From NCBI GenBank assembly GCA_021498095.1, contig JAIZWK010000001.1, positions 2,160,001-2,192,000 on the forward strand: DNA of 32,000 nucleotides, given 5' to 3'. The position numbers and the translations under genes are program-made. Below are positions 25,948 to 32,000 of the stretch, one piece after another. The notes under the pieces were generated by a model. The model made no database searches, was not told where the DNA came from, and was given only the letters and a program-made list of their open reading frames with translations. Each line of letters opens with the position of its first letter. Within the stretch, counting starts at the first letter, position 1. The stretch is from Candidatus Harpocratesius repetitus. Its GTDB lineage: Archaea; Asgardarchaeota; Lokiarchaeia; Sigyniarchaeales; Promethearchaeaceae.

Positions 25948-26520
25948 TCAATTTTCTACGAGTTTATCTTGAAGTACTTGATAAAATATTGAATAATCTT
26001 CTTCTTTGAACAAGCATATACAAACATGTATTTGTTTTGGAGAATTCGTTAAATAATCAAGAATTTCCATAATAATATTTTTAGCAGCTCTCTTTAAAGG
26101 AAATCCAAATATTCCAGTAGAAATTGCAGGAAAAGCGATTGATGATAAATTAAGTTCAATTAATTTTTTAAGAGAATTTGATATTGTGTCTCGTAATAGT
26201 ATATCCGCTTCATTTGGTGAATAGGAATGATATTTAGGCCCAACAGCATGAAAAATGTATTTAACATCCTTTAATTCTCCTGCAGATGTTACTGCTACTT
26301 CACCAACTGGTGTATATCCTATATTCTTGCATTCTTCTTGAATTTGTGATCCGCCTTTTCTCCTAATTGCTCCTGCCACACCTGCTCCTAATAATAATTG
26401 TTCATTTGCTGCGTTCACAATAACATCTAATTTTTGGTTTGTTATATCACCTAAAACTAACTCAATTTTTGGTTTATGGGGATAATTTTCAAGAATAATT
26501 TGATAATTATTAGAGTTCAT
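25948..26520 (-). CDS. Macrodomain protein (MacroD/YmdB-type ADP-ribose hydrolase)
   Basis: GDIT, DVIVNAAN, GAGVAGAI, HAVGP, FPAISTGIFGFP. Confidence 0.92.
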   Translation of the reverse strand: MNSNNYQIILENYPHKPKIELVLGDITNQKLDVIVNAANEQLLLGAGVAGAIRRKGGSQIQEECKNIGYTPVGEVAVTSAGELKDVKYIFHAVGPKYHSYSPNEADILLRDTISNSLKKLIELNLSSIAFPAISTGIFGFPLKRAAKNIIMEILDYLTNSPKQIHVCICLFKEEDYSIFYQVLQDKLVEN

Positions 26521-26528
26521 TATTAGCG

Positions 26529-27191
26529 TTATTTAATAATTGAAAACCCACTTTCAAGGGTAATTTGTTGTTTTTTATTGATTTCTCTTAAAATTGGATT
26601 CGTTCTTGGAAGGTTGTTTTCAATTAATAGTCGTTCTTGAAGAGAAGATTCATAAATTAAACGTTCTTTCTCATAATGTTCTATTTTTTCTCCCTTTCCA
26701 AGCCGATATGCTATTTCAATTGGAGGTTTTAAATAATAACCATAAATTTTTTGAAGTGAATTAAAATCATAATTATGCTGTTTGGAATATTCAAATAATT
26801 TCTGGGCATAAGGAGGTAATTGTTTAAAAAGAAAAGGATCTTTTGTTATTAATTTTATAACTAAGGGCATATAATCAAGATTTTGAGCATAAATTTCATG
26901 AAATTTTGAGTGAATTATTTTTTTCTTTGAGACTAATCCAAATTTTTTAAATAAAATGAAATTACGATACCATGAGAAGGGAAATACAAAAAGCGAAAAT
27001 CGCAGTAAAAATATATCTACAATATAAAAACGTTTGAAAATGATGATAAGAACTTGAATAAATACCACTCCTGAAAAAATATATAATAATGGAAGCCAAA
27101 GCTTGTATTGAATGATAATAAACGTAATATATAAAAGAAAAATACTAATTAATGATGAAAGTATGGCTTTTTTTATTCGTTTTAATAACAT
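26529..27191 (-). CDS. Hypothetical membrane protein (2-3 N-terminal TM, soluble C-terminus)
   Basis: Hydrophobic N-terminus; 8-bp gap to the macrodomain gene suggests co-transcription. Confidence 0.65.
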   Translation of the reverse strand: MLLKRIKKAILSSLISIFLLYITFIIIQYKLWLPLLYIFSGVVFIQVLIIIFKRFYIVDIFLLRFSLFVFPFSWYRNFILFKKFGLVSKKKIIHSKFHEIYAQNLDYMPLVIKLITKDPFLFKQLPPYAQKLFEYSKQHNYDFNSLQKIYGYYLKPPIEIAYRLGKGEKIEHYEKERLIYESSLQERLLIENNLPRTNPILREINKKQQITLESGFSIIK

Positions 27192-27337
27192 TTAAATCCC
27201 AAAAGCATTCAATAATTAATTGATTTTTATTAATTAAAAAAAAAAAGAAAGTTTATAATTTTAAGGCTTTGCATTTTATTTTTTCATCTTAAAAAAAAGA
27301 AGCTAATTTTTTAATGGAATAAAAATCAAAGAAATAC

Positions 27338-28138
27338 ATGCTAAAAAATCTGAAGCTTAAAGATTATGCAACCTTGCTAGGAACATTATGTGGTACTTTT
27401 GCGATATATCTTTCAATATCTCCTTATAGAGCGTATAGGGGGGCAATGTTCATGATTTTTCTAGGGGTTATTGTAGATCTTTTTGATGGATTTATCGCTC
27501 GTAAAACCCAGCAAATCAACAAGTTTGGAATAGAAATAGATTCACTAAGTGATGCTATTGTTTTTGGTGTTGCACCAACAGTTATTTTAATTATGAATTA
27601 TACAGAACCTGATGTTGTTATAATTGATCCTGCATATTCGGTCTGGTTTATCATAATTCCTGGTTTTTTGTTAATTTCTGCAGGAATTGTTCGGTTAGCT
27701 TGGTTTAATATTTCTGAGAATACGGAAGTTTATCAAGGTATGCCTATTCCAATGACAGCAAGTGCTTTGTGCTTAATTATGTTGAGCGATTATTTTGCAT
27801 GGGCGATAAATCAAGAAGTTACGCTCTATAATCGCATTATTTATTGGATGATGCCAGTAATCATCATATTTTTCGCTTGGACTAATGTTACAGATCATAT
27901 TTTATTTGGTAAAACCTATCGGAAGAAGTCGGGATTTTTAAAATGGATATATTTATTTTTAAGCATAAATTTCTGTATTCTTCCAGTACTTGTTTTTATT
28001 GATCGATTTAAATTTGCAATAATTATTTTCATTGCAACTCTTGTATTTATAGGAATGTATATATGGTTTCTAATAATTGGAATGCGCACTGCAAAATTAA
28101 AAAAATTAATTAGAAATGAAAAAAAAGGAGAATCTTGA
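27338..28138 (+). CDS. CDP-alcohol phosphatidyltransferase (PssA-like, probable archaetidylserine/phosphatidylserine synthase type)
   Basis: DLFDGFIARK-x-FGIEIDSLSD signature, FGVAP, RLAWFN, YQGMPIP. Confidence 0.85.
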   Translation: MLKNLKLKDYATLLGTLCGTFAIYLSISPYRAYRGAMFMIFLGVIVDLFDGFIARKTQQINKFGIEIDSLSDAIVFGVAPTVILIMNYTEPDVVIIDPAYSVWFIIIPGFLLISAGIVRLAWFNISENTEVYQGMPIPMTASALCLIMLSDYFAWAINQEVTLYNRIIYWMMPVIIIFFAWTNVTDHILFGKTYRKKSGFLKWIYLFLSINFCILPVLVFIDRFKFAIIIFIATLVFIGMYIWFLIIGMRTAKLKKLIRNEKKGES

Positions 28139-28150
28139 TTCTCTTATGGC

Positions 28151-29878
28151 TCAATTTCTTGACGCATATAAATTTCTATTTTTTTTTAATAATGAAATTA
28201 TTTTTGAATAAACTGGACTATTGTTACGAATGGATAGATCTCCTTGTTTATTTAGTGTTGCAGAAAATAACAATTTATCATTTGCATAAAAATTCACATA
28301 TTGATTAGCAAGTGAGGGATCAACTGAAAGAATATACGCTTTTTTTCTTCGATAAATATCACAAGGAATCATATCATTGTTAATAGTTTCTTTCCAATTT
28401 CGCTTGCTTTGACCTTCTAATGGTCCATAAACTTCTCTTTTAGAATAGCTATTTCTTTTCTTCTTTGCACCCACAGGTGCTACAATTACATCAGAACCAA
28501 AAGCATAAATTTCATAATATAATTCATTTGAGAGGAAATTTCTTACTTCTATTACAGGTCGAGAAAGATCTCTATCAGTAAAACCACTTGGTTTTTTCAC
28601 AGTCATTTCGAGACATAGAATCTGAACAACTCTACCTGCATCTATAAAAATGATAGTATCTATGATATTTGGAATAACTCCCAATTCTACCCGTCGAATA
28701 AAGCGTTGTACTGCATCTACTGGACGAGAAGCATGAACAACACCAACTAATCCGATTCCAGCTAATCGCATATCTGCAAAAATTTTAAAATCTGATTCTA
28801 CTCGCACTTCATCAAAAATGGTAAAATCTGGACGAATCAATAAAATTATATCCGAAGTTTGTTCTAAACTTCCATTTAAAGGAGCATATTGGGAAACCTC
28901 AGGAGGAACGTCTAAATCTCGAACACTCTCCAGAGTTTTTACTAATTTATTTTTTTTTAAGTAATATTTTGAAAGTGCAGCAATAAATGTACTTTTTCCT
29001 GCCCCGGGATTTCCAGCAACAAGAATTCCTTCGGCAATTTCTAAACGATCGTAAACTTTTTGAGGGAGATTATAATCATCTAATGACAAATTCACTAAAG
29101 GTTTTACTGCAGTAATTTCATAAGAATTACTAAATGGTGGACGACAAATAACAATTCGAAATTTTCTCAATTGAATAACAGTTACTCCTGATTCATTTCG
29201 CTCAATGAATGATTTTTCATCATTTTTTGCCTTACGAATAATTCTATTTGCGATTTCTGCAATTGCAAACGGTTCCATAGGTGTGTCTGATATCGCTTCA
29301 AGTTTCCAATCACCTGGTCGACCTCGTTTGGCCATTGGTAAACAATGTCCTCGAAGATGAACCGACATAGTATGATCATCGAAAAAGTCTTCAATTACTG
29401 CGTTACTTAAGTCAGAGTGAATTTCTTCTTGAATTTCAGGAATGTTCATGGTAAAAAGAACATCTACTCCTTGAACTAAAGCAATCGAAGATTGAACTTC
29501 ATCAGCAGTTATTAAGATAGCTTTTGCATCAAATGCATCTTTTCTAATTTGAGCATCCAATTCACCACCTGGGTTAAGTTTAATTTGTTCTAATGTTGGT
29601 CGATTTCCAAATGTTTCAAGTTTGATTATTCCCTTTTTAGATAGAGCATATAATTCTTGAAGTACTTCTAAGCCTACATTTTCTTGAGGTTTTGTCTGAT
29701 TTGCTTGATTTTCAACTTCAGCTAACATAATTCGTGAAAGAATTATTGTTAATTTTTCAACTTCAGTAACCCGCTCTTTTTCAATAGGTACATATTCTTG
29801 TAGCGTCTCATTTTGAATTAAATCGATGATTTTTCGATTATAAATAACGGAAGTATCGGGTAAAAATGTATAAGGCAT
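28151..29878 (-). CDS. PINc/VapC-family PIN-domain ATPase (PINA/MJ1533-like)
   Basis: FLPDTSVI, ELDAQIR and ITAD PIN acidic residues; GNPGAGKST Walker A; RPDFTIFDEVR; VGVVHAS; RVELGVIP. Confidence 0.88.
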   Translation of the reverse strand: MPYTFLPDTSVIYNRKIIDLIQNETLQEYVPIEKERVTEVEKLTIILSRIMLAEVENQANQTKPQENVGLEVLQELYALSKKGIIKLETFGNRPTLEQIKLNPGGELDAQIRKDAFDAKAILITADEVQSSIALVQGVDVLFTMNIPEIQEEIHSDLSNAVIEDFFDDHTMSVHLRGHCLPMAKRGRPGDWKLEAISDTPMEPFAIAEIANRIIRKAKNDEKSFIERNESGVTVIQLRKFRIVICRPPFSNSYEITAVKPLVNLSLDDYNLPQKVYDRLEIAEGILVAGNPGAGKSTFIAALSKYYLKKNKLVKTLESVRDLDVPPEVSQYAPLNGSLEQTSDIILLIRPDFTIFDEVRVESDFKIFADMRLAGIGLVGVVHASRPVDAVQRFIRRVELGVIPNIIDTIIFIDAGRVVQILCLEMTVKKPSGFTDRDLSRPVIEVRNFLSNELYYEIYAFGSDVIVAPVGAKKKRNSYSKREVYGPLEGQSKRNWKETINNDMIPCDIYRRKKAYILSVDPSLANQYVNFYANDKLLFSATLNKQGDLSIRNNSPVYSKIISLLKKNRNLYASRN

Positions 29879-29922
29879 AATATTTCACTTTGTTTCTTGT
29901 TTTTTATTTCTTTAACTTCTAA

Positions 29923-30615
29923 TTACCAGTTTAATTCTTTATTTTTATTTAGAGGAAGGCTAAATTGTTCTAATTGATAATATGTTATATCTCCTAAACG
30001 ATCTACTGTTGCAAGGATTAAAATTTTACGAGAATTTATTGATTGTTTTGTTATTTTATCTAATAAATCTAATCGAACTGCATTATCTTCTTCTAAAATG
30101 AAAATAAAGTACTTTGCAATATCAGTTTGGGGATTTGCACCTCGGGGAAATATTCTAAAATGTATATCATCTCCATAACCCAATCGCACAATATAACCTC
30201 GTTGACGTAGATCTCGATATACTAAATATCGGATCCAGATTTGCGGATCATCTTCTGCAATTTTAGTAAGTATTTGATCGCTACGAATCTGATTTCCATC
30301 GTTTGTATGAATTTTGAGTCGATTTCGCTCAACAAGTAGCAATGCTTCAATTATACTTAATTCCAATCTACTATCTGGTAAAAGTTCGCCAAAATAATTT
30401 TTTTCATGTAATATTTGTGCAGTTGGTGAATTATCTATTAATACTTTGTTGTTTGTCCAAAGACCAGTCAAAATTTCAATTTCTAAAGATTGAGAAGTGC
30501 TTTTATTTTCAACAATTGATTCTTCCTTTTCGTTAAGATAAATATCTTCTTGTGGAAGATTGAATTTATGGGGGAACATTCCAAATATCCTCAAATTTTT
30601 CTTATTTACTCGCAT
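29923..30615 (-). CDS. endA: tRNA splicing endonuclease subunit, probably structural (non-catalytic)
   Basis: LELSIIEALLL, YLVYRDLRQRGY, RKILILATVDRLGDITYY. Catalytic Tyr and His positions appear substituted. Start uncertain (30615 or 30579). Confidence 0.8.
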   Translation of the reverse strand: MRVNKKNLRIFGMFPHKFNLPQEDIYLNEKEESIVENKSTSQSLEIEILTGLWTNNKVLIDNSPTAQILHEKNYFGELLPDSRLELSIIEALLLVERNRLKIHTNDGNQIRSDQILTKIAEDDPQIWIRYLVYRDLRQRGYIVRLGYGDDIHFRIFPRGANPQTDIAKYFIFILEEDNAVRLDLLDKITKQSINSRKILILATVDRLGDITYYQLEQFSLPLNKNKELNW

Positions 30616-30776
30616 ATTCCAGTTAAATTACAAAATAAAAAAGGAGACAATTGCAAAAAAGTTTGTGATTTAAATTTGTTATTGATAATTCCCACAAAAT
30701 TCCATCATTTTATTAAAATAAGCAAGAGATCAAAATTCCTCAAAATTTTTAAATAATTAATTCAAAAATTAAACAA

Positions 30777-31823
30777 ATGTCGAATTTTGATCTGAAACGA
30801 AAGGAATATATTCAAAAGCTTTTTCCTACCGGAATTCCTCCGTTATGGTGTCCTCCACTAACTCATTATCGATCAGATAAAAGTATTGATTTTGAGCGAA
30901 TGAAGAAACATATAAACCATATCGCACCTTATATCAACTCTTTTTTGATTCCAGGGAGTACTGGAGATGGATGGGAGATTAATTTTGAAGAATATAAGCA
31001 AATTCTGCAATTTATTTTCAAAGATTTCACACCTGAATGCGAAATTAACGTTTTAATTGGTTTATTACGAACCGAACCTGAAGAAATGCAGAAATTTTTG
31101 GATTATGCGATTCAGTTTTTGCATGAAAATAAAATAAAAACAGATATCGATCAATATACACCATCTCGATTTAAGGGATTCGTTTTATGTGCTCCAAAAG
31201 GGAAGGATTTATCCCAAGATGAAATAAGTAAGGTAATAATTCCTATATTAGAAAAAAACTACCCAATTGTTCTTTATCAACTTCCCCAAATCACAGAAAA
31301 TGAATTAAGTCCTACCTTGATAAGTGAGTTAGCTGCTAAATATCCTAACTTTTACATGATGAAAGATTCAAGCGGCCAAGATAAGGTGGCAAATGCTGGA
31401 CTAGATTATCATGGTGTTGTCCTTTTACGAGGTGCAGAAGCTGATTATCATAAGCATTTAAAAGCATCTGGAGGCGTCTATGATGGATTCTTATTAAGTA
31501 CCGGAAATACTTTTGCAAAAGAACTGAGACTTATTGTAGATAATATATTATCTGGGGAAACATCTAAAGCAGAGGCAGAGTCTATTTCTTTAACGCAAGT
31601 AATTAATCAAGTTTTTGAAATCGCAGCAAAAATTCCATTTGGGAATGCCTTTACGAATTCAAATAAGTTATTGGACCATATATTTGCATATGGAAATGAA
31701 TGGTTAAAAGCCGAAAGACCCTTAACACATGCTGGAGAAAATCTCTCTGAAGATACTTTGCTAAAGGTTGATGAAATTTTAAAGAATAGTCCTTATTACC
31801 CAAAAAAAGGTTATATTATGTAA
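30777..31823 (+). CDS. Dihydrodipicolinate synthase/N-acetylneuraminate lyase family class I aldolase
   Basis: PPLTHY, PGSTGDG, LYQLPQIT, MKDSSG (Schiff-base Lys). Confidence 0.85.
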   Translation: MSNFDLKRKEYIQKLFPTGIPPLWCPPLTHYRSDKSIDFERMKKHINHIAPYINSFLIPGSTGDGWEINFEEYKQILQFIFKDFTPECEINVLIGLLRTEPEEMQKFLDYAIQFLHENKIKTDIDQYTPSRFKGFVLCAPKGKDLSQDEISKVIIPILEKNYPIVLYQLPQITENELSPTLISELAAKYPNFYMMKDSSGQDKVANAGLDYHGVVLLRGAEADYHKHLKASGGVYDGFLLSTGNTFAKELRLIVDNILSGETSKAEAESISLTQVINQVFEIAAKIPFGNAFTNSNKLLDHIFAYGNEWLKAERPLTHAGENLSEDTLLKVDEILKNSPYYPKKGYIM

Positions 31824-31849
31824 GATTTTTTTTTAATGAGGTGAAAAAA

Positions 31850-32000
31850 ATGAGTTTACAGAATAAATTACGAATTTCAGAAGAAAGTGTTAAAACAATC
31901 AATGATTTTTTGCTGGACCCTGCAAATCCATTAATCCAAAAATTTTTAGATGTTGTGGAAAAATATGGAGGTCCTGAAGCAATTAATGAAAAAGCTGCCA
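31850..32000 (+). CDS. Hypothetical protein, 5' part (runs off the window)
   Basis: GAGGTG SD then ATG: MSLQNKLRISEESVKTINDFLLDPANPLIQKFLDVVEKYGGPEAINEKAA..., open to the window end. Confidence 0.75.
   Translation, partial: MSLQNKLRISEESVKTINDFLLDPANPLIQKFLDVVEKYGGPEAINEKAA

Noticed and set aside
1712-28138. Phosphohexomutase + Ino1 + CDP-alcohol transferase as an inositol-lipid pathway cluster
   Set aside because: The genes are kilobases apart and not co-oriented, and the transferase looks PssA-like rather than inositol-phosphate specific.
24086-30756. Short ORFs 24086..24409, 29182..29394, 30342..30536 and 30550..30756
   Set aside because: Antisense or alternate-frame shadows of pepT, the PIN-ATPase and endA; no SD or family signal.
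1-32000. tRNA, rRNA or riboswitch genes
   Set aside because: No GC-rich structured intergenic segment or cloverleaf seen; intergenic DNA is uniformly AT-rich. A covariance-model scan would be needed to exclude them fully.

Overview
Low-GC chromosomal window from an Asgard archaeon, most likely Lokiarchaeia. This assignment is inferred from Loki-CTERM-like IPGY-TM-basic tails, a longin-small GTPase fusion, a gelsolin-domain protein and an ESCRT-II-like protein. It is mostly coding. It begins with an intact-ended IS4/ISH3-like insertion sequence (165..1630) whose transposase is split by a -1 frameshift. Housekeeping or metabolic genes include a phosphohexomutase, Ino1, a BCP peroxiredoxin, PepT, a macrodomain protein, a CDP-alcohol phosphatidyltransferase, a PIN-ATPase, a tRNA splicing endonuclease subunit and a DHDPS-like aldolase. 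Two loci stand out. (1) A minus-strand operon (11902..18104) encodes a fused A-A'-T ECF transporter, an S-component and three surface-anchored proteins with a sulfite-oxidase-like molybdopterin-binding fold that lack the Mo-ligating cysteine. It is preceded by a ModE-box-like dyad, which suggests a candidate Mo/W-cofactor (molybdopterin) scavenging system. (2) A membrane-anchored protein carries two tandem Vps22/Vps36 (EAP30)-like ESCRT-II units. All family assignments come from motif recognition by eye, not from database searches.
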